Shown: positions 23,048 through 31,059 of the stretch, piece after piece
How the letters are laid out: every line of letters starts with the position of its first letter
Numbering within the stretch: the stretch's first letter is position 1
NCBI RefSeq assembly: GCF_000022265.1
Contig: NC_011979.1
Span: forward strand, 1,410,001 to 1,442,000
DNA from: Geotalea daltonii FRC-32
GTDB lineage: Bacteria > Desulfobacterota > Desulfuromonadia > Geobacterales > Geobacteraceae
DNA: 32,000 nucleotides
Direction of reading: 5' to 3'
Program-made: the position numbers and the translations under genes
Notes under the pieces: model-generated
The model's database searches: none
Seen by the model: only the letters and a program-made list of their open reading frames with translations
Told to the model about the DNA's origin: nothing

Positions 23048-26000
23048 GTGAATTTAAATAAGTTTTTCCGTGCTTTGCCATGCAGGACCCTCTTACCCCT
23101 TCTCCTTGTTGCGTCGCTTTTGACTACCCCCGCCTTTTGCCTTGATTCGGCAGATTCCCAGTTATTTATCACTGGCTTCAATGCCTATCAAAAAAAGGAC
23201 TATCAGACCACGGTCGATAAGATGGGAACTCTGCTGAAGAGTTACCCTGACACCCCGTTGCGGGACATGGCCATTTTCTGGTTGGCACGTGCCAATTACA
23301 AGGCAGGGCACAAACAGGAAGCAGCCAGGTATATGGCCCAATTTTTCAAGGAATATCCGGATAGCCCGTTAAAAGGGACGGTGGAAGACGACCTTGTAGC
23401 CCTGGCGGGGAAATATGCCAGAGGAGAGGCAGTTGCTTCCGGTGAGAAAGCAGAAGGCGAAAGTTCTAACTCTGAAAGGGTGGCGCAGGAACAATCTGAA
23501 GCTGAAGCGAGGGCTGCCGCCAAGCGCGCTGAAGAAATGCGCCTGGCCGTTCAGAAGGCGGAGGCAGAGAAGGCTCGCCAGGAGAAAATTATAGCGGACA
23601 AGGCAGCAGCGGAAAAAGCGGCAGCTGAAAAGGCCGCTTGGGAAAAGGCTGAAGCGGAGAGAGTCGCTGCCGCAAAGAAGGCTGAAGAATTGCGTGTGGT
23701 GGCAGAAAAGGCTGCCGCCGAAAAAGCACGTCAGGAAAAACTTGCAGCTGAAAAAGCTGCCGCCGAGAAAGCAGCCGCTGAAAAGGCTGCTCGGGAAAAG
23801 GCTGAAGCGGAGAGAGTCGCTGCCGCAAAGAAAGCAGAAGAACTGCGCATTGCTGCAGAGAAGGCTGCTGCCGAAAAAGCACGCCAGGAAAAGCTGGCAG
23901 CTGAAAGAGCTGCTGCCGAGAAAGCAGCGGCAGAGAAAGCTGTTGCGGAAAAGGCCGCCAGGGAAAAGGCTGAGGCAGAAAGAATTGCCGCCGCAAAAAA
24001 AGCAGAAGAACTGCGCATCGCTGCAGAGAAGGCTGCTGCCGAAAAAGCACGTCAGGAAAAGCTGGCAGCTGAAAAAGCTGCCGCCGAGAAGGCAGCGGCA
24101 GAGAAAGCTGTTGCAGAAAAGGCCGCCAGGGAAAAGGCTGAGGCAGAAAGAATTGCCGCCGCAAAAAAAGCAGAAGAACTGCGCATCGCTGCAGAGAAGG
24201 CTACTGCTGAAAAAGCACGTCAGGAAAAGCTGGCAGCTGAAAAAGCTGCCGCCGAGAAGGCAGCGGCAGAGAAAGCTGTTGCAGAAAAGGCCGCCAGGGA
24301 AAAGGCTGAGGCAGAAAGAATCGCTGCCGCCAAGAAAGCAGAAGAACTGCGTATTGCAGCAGAGAAGGCTGCTAACGAAAAAGCGGCTCAGGAGAAAGTT
24401 GCTGCAGAAAAAGGTTCCGCCAGGACGGCTGCAGCATCGACCGGCAGGAAAAAAGAGAAATCAAAGGCCAGCAAAGCGGCAACCCTGCGAGAAAAGGCAA
24501 TAACCGAATATAAATCTGTGATCGACCGTTTCCCGGGGAGTTCAGCCGCAGCAAGCGCTACAACAAAGCTCAAGGAGCTGGGCATCGTGTACCCTGCCGT
24601 TGCTGCAACCGGAGCGGCTGTTCAGGCCGAAAACGCCAAGGTACTGTCCCTGGAAGTCGGGCAGTTTGCCGATCTGGATTTTACCATTACGCCACCGGCG
24701 CAATCGCTGGAAGCTGGTAAGCGCTTCACTATCCCCTTTGACATTGTCAACCTGGGCAACGGCAGCGACAGTTTTTACCTGGAGTCGGGATTCCCCGCAG
24801 AGTTCAATGTTCAGTTCGCCTCTGCCGCTCAGCCGGTGAATCCCATAAATGTGACACCACCATTGCAAACAGGCGAAAAATTCAGGGCACTGATGACCGT
24901 AACCATACCCCGGGGAGTGATCGACGGGCAGAAAGCAAGCTTCCCCATCAAGATCGGTTCCGGTTTTGCCCCTGATGTTTCCCAATCCAAGGAAGTCAGA
25001 CTCTCCTTTTCCGCTCCGTTGCTGAGGGCGGTGGTTAAGGCGGAAAAATCACAGTTGCTGCCGGGACAGAAAATGTCTTACCGTCTGGACCTTTTGAATA
25101 TAGGTACCTCGTCTGCCAGGGGAGTCACTCTTAGGTTGACTTATCCCCCCCAGTATGAGCCGGTAAGTCTTGTCCCTGCCGGATTCAAACCGGAAATGAA
25201 GGCCACTCTCGTTCTGGATGGCCTGCAGCTTAACTCCGGCGAAAGCAGGGAATTCAACCTCACCTTTCAGTTGAAAGAGGATGCCCTGGCCTTGCAGGAA
25301 CTCTTTCTTCGGGCCGATGTCATCAACAGCGAGCTGGAAAAAAGAGATTCCTTCCTCTCTCCTGCCACAGTCGTCCAAGGAGTCAGTGGCGTCAACGTCA
25401 AGACCAGTGCTGAAAAGCTGGTTGTGATCCCTGGACAGACGTTGCGGGTTCCTATCGTAGTCACCAACACCGGCAACATCCGCGACGACTTCAGCATCAA
25501 GCCACTCATTCCAGGAAATGCTTCCTATTCTTTCTATCAGGATTTGAACCGGGACGGGAAAAAACAGGACAATGAGCCGGTAATAACCCACGTGGGCCCG
25601 CTGGCTCCAAAGGAAGAAGCTTATGTGGTTCTGGAGGTGACAACGCCGATAAATGAGGCGGACGGCTCTAGCATGCCCGTAGCGGTAAACTTCGAGCCGG
25701 AAGGAGACAGGAGCAAAAGTGCCTCTTTGAACCTGCGTCTGGTTTATTCACGGCCGGTGCTTGACCTTATCATGACCGGCAAAGGGGGAAAGGTGAAACC
25801 CGGAGAGGTTTCTTCCTTTGAACTGAGCTGTACCAATCGCGGCTCCAATCTTGCCAAGGTGGTTGATGTGCAAACGGTCCTGCCGCAACAGCTGGCCATA
25901 GTTTCTGCCGATCCCGCCTTCTCTAGCGGTACCGGTGGCGTTTATACCTGGCGCTTCGAGGACATGGGGTCCGGTGAAAAGCGCAATATCAAGATCACCT

Positions 26001-26089
26001 ACAAGGTAAAAACCGGTGCCGTTGTTGGCACTAACATGCAGATTAAAAATACCCTGAAATACCAGGATCTGCTGGGGATGAACTACTGA
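23048..26089 (+). CDS. 1013-aa exported multidomain protein: CpoB/YbgF-like TPR, Ala/Glu/Lys helical tandem repeats (TolA domain II-like), and four beta-sandwich (DUF11/CARDB-like) repeats
   Basis: GTG start with GGAAAGG upstream. Signal peptide MNLNKFFRALPCRTLLPLLLVASLLTTPAFC. The TPR region reads ..LLKSYPDTPLRDMAIFWLARANYKAGHKQEAARYMAQFFKEYPDSPL... The central region (aa ~150-455) is repeated AEKAAAEKA.. sequence. The C-terminal half carries repeated ..VNLGNGSD.., ..LLNIGTSSARGV.., ..VTNTGNIRDDF.. and ..CTNRGSNLAKVV.. motifs. Confidence 0.85.
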   Translation: MNLNKFFRALPCRTLLPLLLVASLLTTPAFCLDSADSQLFITGFNAYQKKDYQTTVDKMGTLLKSYPDTPLRDMAIFWLARANYKAGHKQEAARYMAQFFKEYPDSPLKGTVEDDLVALAGKYARGEAVASGEKAEGESSNSERVAQEQSEAEARAAAKRAEEMRLAVQKAEAEKARQEKIIADKAAAEKAAAEKAAWEKAEAERVAAAKKAEELRVVAEKAAAEKARQEKLAAEKAAAEKAAAEKAAREKAEAERVAAAKKAEELRIAAEKAAAEKARQEKLAAERAAAEKAAAEKAVAEKAAREKAEAERIAAAKKAEELRIAAEKAAAEKARQEKLAAEKAAAEKAAAEKAVAEKAAREKAEAERIAAAKKAEELRIAAEKATAEKARQEKLAAEKAAAEKAAAEKAVAEKAAREKAEAERIAAAKKAEELRIAAEKAANEKAAQEKVAAEKGSARTAAASTGRKKEKSKASKAATLREKAITEYKSVIDRFPGSSAAASATTKLKELGIVYPAVAATGAAVQAENAKVLSLEVGQFADLDFTITPPAQSLEAGKRFTIPFDIVNLGNGSDSFYLESGFPAEFNVQFASAAQPVNPINVTPPLQTGEKFRALMTVTIPRGVIDGQKASFPIKIGSGFAPDVSQSKEVRLSFSAPLLRAVVKAEKSQLLPGQKMSYRLDLLNIGTSSARGVTLRLTYPPQYEPVSLVPAGFKPEMKATLVLDGLQLNSGESREFNLTFQLKEDALALQELFLRADVINSELEKRDSFLSPATVVQGVSGVNVKTSAEKLVVIPGQTLRVPIVVTNTGNIRDDFSIKPLIPGNASYSFYQDLNRDGKKQDNEPVITHVGPLAPKEEAYVVLEVTTPINEADGSSMPVAVNFEPEGDRSKSASLNLRLVYSRPVLDLIMTGKGGKVKPGEVSSFELSCTNRGSNLAKVVDVQTVLPQQLAIVSADPAFSSGTGGVYTWRFEDMGSGEKRNIKITYKVKTGAVVGTNMQIKNTLKYQDLLGMNY
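23515..24410 (+). repeat. In-frame tandem repeat array (one 153-bp unit, three 168-bp units, plus partial units)
   Basis: Units start at 23640, 23793, 23961, 24129 and 24297. Units 23961-24128 and 24129-24296 differ at 2 of 168 positions. Confidence 0.9.
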
Positions 26090-26685
26090 TGCGGTGTTTG
26101 GCGTGGGGACTGACAGGCTGGTTGCTTCTGAGCGTTTCTCCGGTGACGGTTTTTTCGGCTGATTCCAAAATGCTCTATGTGCCGAAACCGGCGGAATCAG
26201 GGGGGGTCCCGGCAGGCCCGGAAGAGGGGATTCTTGTGGAAGGTATTACCATCCGCAAGGGTGACACCCTGAAAGGGCTTGCCAGGAAGTATCGAGGCAG
26301 GGCTTCCTATTTCCCCCAGATTCTGCTCTTTAATAAAATAGCTGATCCCGATCTTATTCTTGCCGGTTCACGACTGCTGGTTCCGGTAACTGCCGCCTAT
26401 CCCGCCACCACGGGCGATAAAAAGAAGCGGTCTCTTTTGCGGCCTGCAAAGAAAGTGGCCGAGCCCGCCGCCCCAGAGGTACAGGCTAAACCACAGCCTG
26501 TTGTGGATGCCCCTGATTCTTCCCTTCTGCAGTACCAGAGAGCTATTGCAGCATACAAAAAAGGGCAGCTGAGCAAGGCGTTGCAGGAATTCGAAAGATT
26601 TCTTGCCGAATTTCCAAACTCGCCGCTGGCTGCCGATGCAAGCCTCTATCGTGCCGACTGTCTGTTAAAAATGTCCCGCCAATAG
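26089..26685 (+). CDS. Exported LysM-domain protein with a C-terminal YbgF-like TPR
   Basis: The start overlaps the upstream stop (TGATG, 26087-26091). A signal peptide is present. The LysM region reads ITIRKGDTLKGLARKY..NKIADPDLILAGSRLLVP. The TPR region reads ..ALQEFERFLAEFPNSPLAADASLYRADCLLKM. Confidence 0.8.
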   Translation: MRCLAWGLTGWLLLSVSPVTVFSADSKMLYVPKPAESGGVPAGPEEGILVEGITIRKGDTLKGLARKYRGRASYFPQILLFNKIADPDLILAGSRLLVPVTAAYPATTGDKKKRSLLRPAKKVAEPAAPEVQAKPQPVVDAPDSSLLQYQRAIAAYKKGQLSKALQEFERFLAEFPNSPLAADASLYRADCLLKMSRQ

Positions 26686-26830
26686 GCTGTTGAAAAACTA
26701 TTGCGGCGCCGGCCTGCTGTGTTGCCGTTCATTTGGAAACTTCGCATATATCAAGCATATGTCTCGCTTCCACTTCGCTGGAGCCTTGCATTCCGACCGA
26801 CCCATGATGTTTTTCAAACCAGGTAACCTC

Positions 26831-27865
26831 TTACCTTTGATCTGTTTCCTTACGTTCCAGTAATTCAGCCGTCAGAGCGGCGACAGGTACTTCAGTCAGC
26901 AGAATGAGTCGTGGCGGTGTCGTCTCCCTGGTGAAGAGAAAACCATTGAGGCTTGTGCTGGTGCGGTTTCTATCGTTAAGCAGAACCGCATGCTCCCCAT
27001 AACGGAAGGAAATGTCCATTGCGGAAAGAATGGATGTTGCCACCTGTTTAAGATCGGCATCCCGATTGATCCTGATAAGCTTGATACCTTCAAGCTCCAA
27101 CAACCGGTAAACCGTGTAAGCAAAGGGCTCTGCCGCAGAGAAACTGACCATGAAATGCTTGCCATTGCTTTCGAAAAAGCGATCGACCTTGGCGCTCAAA
27201 CGCAATGCCTGCTGGGTTGCCGCCGACGTTTCGACAAAATGGTCTTTGCCCGGCTTGACGGCAAGTATGTTAAGGATTGAGTCGGCGACTTCGGAAGGAT
27301 CTTTGCTCGTTACGGAACGTACAGCTATGGCAGCGCTGACCGGCGTTTCAATTGATTGAACTGTGGAAAACCGCTGTTGAATTGCAGGTTCCGCTGCCGA
27401 AGAAGCCGCCTCGGTTTCTCTTTTTTTCTTATGGGCAACTGCAGTGTGTGACAGCCCGGTTGGTATCAGGATCGTCTGGCCGATATTCAGTTTCCGGATA
27501 TCCGCTATTTTGTTGAGAGTAACAACTTCGGGAATAAGTTTTTCAGCTGCAGCGTTAGTCATGCCAAAATGCTTCATCAATATCTTGAAGATATGATCGC
27601 CATTTTTGACCGTGTAGCTCATATGGCCGCTTCTTGATAATGGCTTCCGCTCTCTTCGGTCGCCTTTCCTCTGGTCCACGGCTTTGGCTGCTGCAGGATG
27701 AGGAGGCTTGGCGGCAGAGACTCTCTTTTTTGACGGGGCAGGTGTCGTATTCCTATCAAGTTCTCTGATATCTATTTCAAAGGGAGAATCCCCGGCAACT
27801 CCCGCTCTGGCGGAAAGCACGACAAAAATGGCGGTGGCAATTAATCCTAGTCTTAGTCTTATCAT
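26831..27865 (-). CDS. Exported LysM-domain protein with an unassigned C-terminal domain
   Basis: Preferred start is ATG 27865 (MIRLRLGLIATAIFVVLSARAGVAG, signal peptide; GGGAAAGAA upstream). An alternative GTG at 27889 overlaps the upstream stop. The LysM region reads YTVKNGDHIFKILMKHFG..LNKIADIRKLNIGQTILIP. Confidence 0.75.
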   Translation of the reverse strand: MIRLRLGLIATAIFVVLSARAGVAGDSPFEIDIRELDRNTTPAPSKKRVSAAKPPHPAAAKAVDQRKGDRRERKPLSRSGHMSYTVKNGDHIFKILMKHFGMTNAAAEKLIPEVVTLNKIADIRKLNIGQTILIPTGLSHTAVAHKKKRETEAASSAAEPAIQQRFSTVQSIETPVSAAIAVRSVTSKDPSEVADSILNILAVKPGKDHFVETSAATQQALRLSAKVDRFFESNGKHFMVSFSAAEPFAYTVYRLLELEGIKLIRINRDADLKQVATSILSAMDISFRYGEHAVLLNDRNRTSTSLNGFLFTRETTPPRLILLTEVPVAALTAELLERKETDQR

Positions 27866-27885
27866 TTCTTTCCCATCTTCCGCTG

Positions 27886-29010
27886 TCACTGAAAATACAA
27901 GACAAATGCCTTCATCTGCCGATCAGATCTTCGCCTGTAAACTATGACACTGGCTTTGTCGGTGACGCCTTTTTCAATGATGTAGTTTCCTTTTACTTCG
28001 GTGGAGGTAATGGAATAGCTGACGGCAGCGGCACTTTCATGGAGGACATTTCGGACAAATGATCCTGAAAGCCCCTTGGCACTGCGGTCGATGATCTGCA
28101 GTGCGCTGATCACACCATTTTTCCTGAAGACCTTGAACTCATTGCTGCTGTCCAAGTAACGTTCCCATCCTGGATGTTCTTTGCCGTAGGCAAGATCAGG
28201 CCTGCTGGTGGGAATGAATGCGGGCAGCCTGGTCATGCCCGGGCCGGCCTCTGTTCGGGGGATGGTGGCAGTGGCGGATGTCGTGGAGGGCTTTCGGTTC
28301 ACCTGCAGTTTTCCGCCGATGAAAAAGTAAAGTGAGGCGGCAAAGACAATGGAGATCCCCAGGTAAAACCAGACTCGTTGTCGTGGCGTCTCTTCCTCAA
28401 TAACAAAGTCGCCCGCCCGTTCCGCGTAATGGGATTCCGATGGGGGGGGAGTCCGGTCCTGGATCGGGAACGGCTCCAGATCGGTAAGAGCGCCTTCCAG
28501 CTTATCGAGAAAAGGGGAATCTACAGTCGCTTTCTGCTGCAGGCTGATTTGGTCCCCGGAGAGGGAGACACGGTCAGTCACCTCCGTCACAGGTGCAGGT
28601 GCCCCCGGTCCTCCCGAGATAGCCATGTCCGGGGTATTAGATCCTGATTTGCACATATGATTGTTCAGGGCCTCGGTTACCCTCAGTGCAACTTCAGCAT
28701 CACTTTGGTTCAAGTCTATGCAGTCATCGACAAATTTGAGCGCTTGGGGAGAGTCGCTGTTGTCAGCACTGAGGAGAATGACGGATCCGGCCTCAGAGCT
28801 GAAGAAAGTGCGCAGGTGTCTGGCAAGGATGTCGCCGGAGAGACCGGAAAGACGATTCTGGATAAAAATAACTGCAGGCGAGCCAGATTTGACTTCCTCA
28901 GGAATATTCAGGCTGACGATATGATGAACGTTGGCATTGCATGCTTTGGCGGCCGAGATGACGATTTGCTCCAACCGTACCTGATCTGCTATGAGGAGGA
29001 CGTTAATCAT
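27886..29010 (-). CDS. Bitopic membrane protein: N-terminal receiver-like domain lacking the phospho-acceptor Asp, Pro-rich linker, one TM helix, ~135-aa periplasmic domain
   Basis: 374 aa with AAAGGAAAGC upstream. The receiver-like region reads MINVLLIADQ.. / ..PAVIFIQNRLSGLSG.. / ..VILLSADN... The TM helix is VWFYLGISIVFAASLYFFIGG (aa 213-233). Confidence 0.75.
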   Translation of the reverse strand: MINVLLIADQVRLEQIVISAAKACNANVHHIVSLNIPEEVKSGSPAVIFIQNRLSGLSGDILARHLRTFFSSEAGSVILLSADNSDSPQALKFVDDCIDLNQSDAEVALRVTEALNNHMCKSGSNTPDMAISGGPGAPAPVTEVTDRVSLSGDQISLQQKATVDSPFLDKLEGALTDLEPFPIQDRTPPPSESHYAERAGDFVIEEETPRQRVWFYLGISIVFAASLYFFIGGKLQVNRKPSTTSATATIPRTEAGPGMTRLPAFIPTSRPDLAYGKEHPGWERYLDSSNEFKVFRKNGVISALQIIDRSAKGLSGSFVRNVLHESAAAVSYSITSTEVKGNYIIEKGVTDKASVIVYRRRSDRQMKAFVLYFQ

Positions 29011-29039
29011 GCTTTCCTTTGCCTTATGAAATGATAGCC

Positions 29040-29068
29040 ATTTTATGTGACAGCGCCCTTATAATCAA
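29040..29068 (-). promoter_or_regulatory. Candidate promoter of the pseudo-receiver/LysM operon
   Basis: Minus strand reads TTGATT (29063-29068), a 17-nt spacer, then TAAAAT (29040-29045). Confidence 0.45.
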
Positions 29069-29258
29069 TAGCATTAATGTTGCCGAAAGATTTTTAATGC
29101 ATTCGGCGACCTGACGCAGGTGTACAGGGATGTTCATCTGGACAAGCAGATGGTTCATCGGTCTTCGGCAAGTCATTTCGACCTCCATTTAATAAATATG
29201 GACTTTATGAGCAGCCAAATCGAGGCACCAGTTTTGCTAGCGATATTCAAATAAAAGC

Positions 29259-29286
29259 TTGCATCCCTGCCGTTTCCGTGTATATT
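29259..29286 (+). promoter_or_regulatory. Candidate promoter of the DEAD-box helicase gene, implying a ~275-nt leader
   Basis: TTGCAT (29259-29264), a 16-nt spacer, then TATATT (29281-29286). Confidence 0.4.
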
Positions 29287-29567
29287 GAAGAGTCTGTTCA
29301 ATTGGGGACCTGTTTCTTACGTTGCTTCTCAGTCTCTCCCATCCCCTGTTTCATCGCTCACTAACCCCCATCTGCATATTCAGCACTCCCATGAAATGCA
29401 GTAGCACATATGGTTGGCGACGATGTAGTTGAGCCGGTCATACGTGTTATTGCCGTCATTTATGCGTCGCAATGGTTGCCGCAACGGCGTTTCGCGTCCC
29501 AACTTCAGCCGTTTCCGGCACAGGAGCGCCGTTTGTCGCTTCCTGTCCGAAAACCAAAGGAATTCAC

Positions 29568-30923
29568 ATGTCATTTGAATCATTGCAGTTGTCTCCTCTT
29601 ATCCTCAAAGCCATTGCCGCCTGCGGTTACACGACGCCCACACCTATTCAGGAACAGGCGATACCGCTGGCTCTCGAAGGCAAGGATCTAATCGCCTCTG
29701 CCCAGACCGGGACAGGTAAAACGGCGGCATTTACCCTGCCTGCCCTGGAGCGACTGAGCGTTCGTTCCCCGATCCCCGGCCGCGGCCCACGCATCCTCGT
29801 CCTCACCCCTACCCGCGAGCTGGCCAACCAGGTAACCGATGCCGTACGCAATTACGGCAAGTTCATCCGCGTCACCAGCGGCGCCATCCTCGGCGGGATG
29901 CCGTACCGTGAGCAGTTGCAGCTTCTATCACGTCCGGTCGACCTGATCGTAGCAACTCCGGGGCGCCTGATCGATCACCTTGACCGGGGCAGAATCAACC
30001 TTTCCCGCCTGGAACTGCTTATCCTCGACGAAGCTGACCGGATGCTGGACATGGGATTCAGCGAAGACGTAGACAGGATTGCCGCCGCCGCTCCGGCCAA
30101 CCGTCAGACATTGCTCTTTACGGCGACCATGGACGATGTCATGGCCAAGCTGGCCCAGAGACTGTTGAAAGATCCGGTACGTATCGAGATCGCCGGCAAG
30201 AAAATGACCCATGAGCAGATTGAGCAGCGCCTACATGTGGCCGATAATCTGCAGCACAAGACCCGCATGCTGCAGCACCTCATTGCCGATGGCACCGTTA
30301 CCAAGGCTATTATTTTTTCCGCCACCAAGCGGGACGCTGATCTTCTGGCCCGTGACCTTCACGCCCAGGGACATGCCGCCGCCGCCCTCCATGGCGACAT
30401 GTCGCAGAATGCACGCAACAAGACCATCCACAACATGCGTCGCGGCAAGATCAGGCTCCTGGTAGCCACCGACGTGGCGGCCCGCGGACTCGACGTCACC
30501 GGCATCAGTCACGTCATCAACTTTGACCTGCCCAAGTTCGCCGAGGATTATGTCCACAGGATCGGCAGAACCGGAAGGGCGGGAGCTACCGGAATCGCCA
30601 TTTCTTTCGCCTCGTTGAACGACCTGAATTACCTTGATCGGATCGAACGGTACACCGGCCAGACCTTGCCGATGCATGTGATTCCCGGCCTGGAGCCAAC
30701 CCGTCCCCTGCGCCGTCTCAGCACTTCAGGGAAGCGCAGCCAGCCCGGAAACGGACGCGGCAAGACTCCCTACGCCGGCAACGGTCGCCGTCAAGGCAAG
30801 GATGACACAAAGGGTGGCGGTTTTGCCCAGGCTCGGAAAAGCTCTGCTCCCAGGGCAAGAAGCTCCCAGCCGGTTGTGGAATACCGCAGTCTTAAAACCG
30901 GCCGCGATGCGCGGCACTCATAA
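29568..30923 (+). CDS. DEAD-box ATP-dependent RNA helicase (RhlE-like) with a basic Arg/Gly/Lys-rich C-terminal tail
   Basis: Start moved to MSFESLQLSPLILKAIAACGYTTPTPIQ (Q motif). Further motifs: AQTGTGKT, DEAD and HRIGRTGRAG. Confidence 0.9.
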   Translation: MSFESLQLSPLILKAIAACGYTTPTPIQEQAIPLALEGKDLIASAQTGTGKTAAFTLPALERLSVRSPIPGRGPRILVLTPTRELANQVTDAVRNYGKFIRVTSGAILGGMPYREQLQLLSRPVDLIVATPGRLIDHLDRGRINLSRLELLILDEADRMLDMGFSEDVDRIAAAAPANRQTLLFTATMDDVMAKLAQRLLKDPVRIEIAGKKMTHEQIEQRLHVADNLQHKTRMLQHLIADGTVTKAIIFSATKRDADLLARDLHAQGHAAAALHGDMSQNARNKTIHNMRRGKIRLLVATDVAARGLDVTGISHVINFDLPKFAEDYVHRIGRTGRAGATGIAISFASLNDLNYLDRIERYTGQTLPMHVIPGLEPTRPLRRLSTSGKRSQPGNGRGKTPYAGNGRRQGKDDTKGGGFAQARKSSAPRARSSQPVVEYRSLKTGRDARHS

Positions 30924-30958
30924 TGGTGATGTGACCGCTGAATAACATTGGAGCAACG

Positions 30959-30985
30959 ACGCCCGGGCAACCGGGCGTTTTTTTT
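30959..30985 (+). terminator. Rho-independent terminator
   Basis: ACGCCCGG gcaa CCGGGCGT followed by a run of eight T. Confidence 0.85.
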
Positions 30986-31059
30986 CTGGCCAATCTTGCC
31001 TAATGAGCCCTAGTTGGGTATTATTTTTTGACTTCAAATGCATTTACAAGGAGTTGGTA

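Noticed and set aside
23589-24503. Alternative-frame and antisense ORFs inside the repeat array (191, 269 and 95 aa)
   Set aside because: They are artefacts of the GCN/GAA/AAG-rich periodic repeat, which lacks stops in several frames. Only the frame continuous with the signal peptide and the C-terminal domains makes a coherent protein.
23048-26089. Calling the 1013-aa protein TolA
   Set aside because: Only the composition of the central helix resembles TolA domain II. The protein has a cleavable-type signal peptide rather than an N-terminal TM anchor, TPRs and beta-sandwich repeats instead of a TolA C-terminal domain, and no tolQRB/pal neighbours.
29011-29567. Riboswitch (for example the cyclic-dinucleotide class common in Geobacter) or tRNA/sRNA in the long intergenic region; 22862-23047 was also checked
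   Set aside because: I could not find the conserved cores of riboswitch classes I know by eye, nor a cloverleaf. A covariance-model scan would be needed to exclude them.
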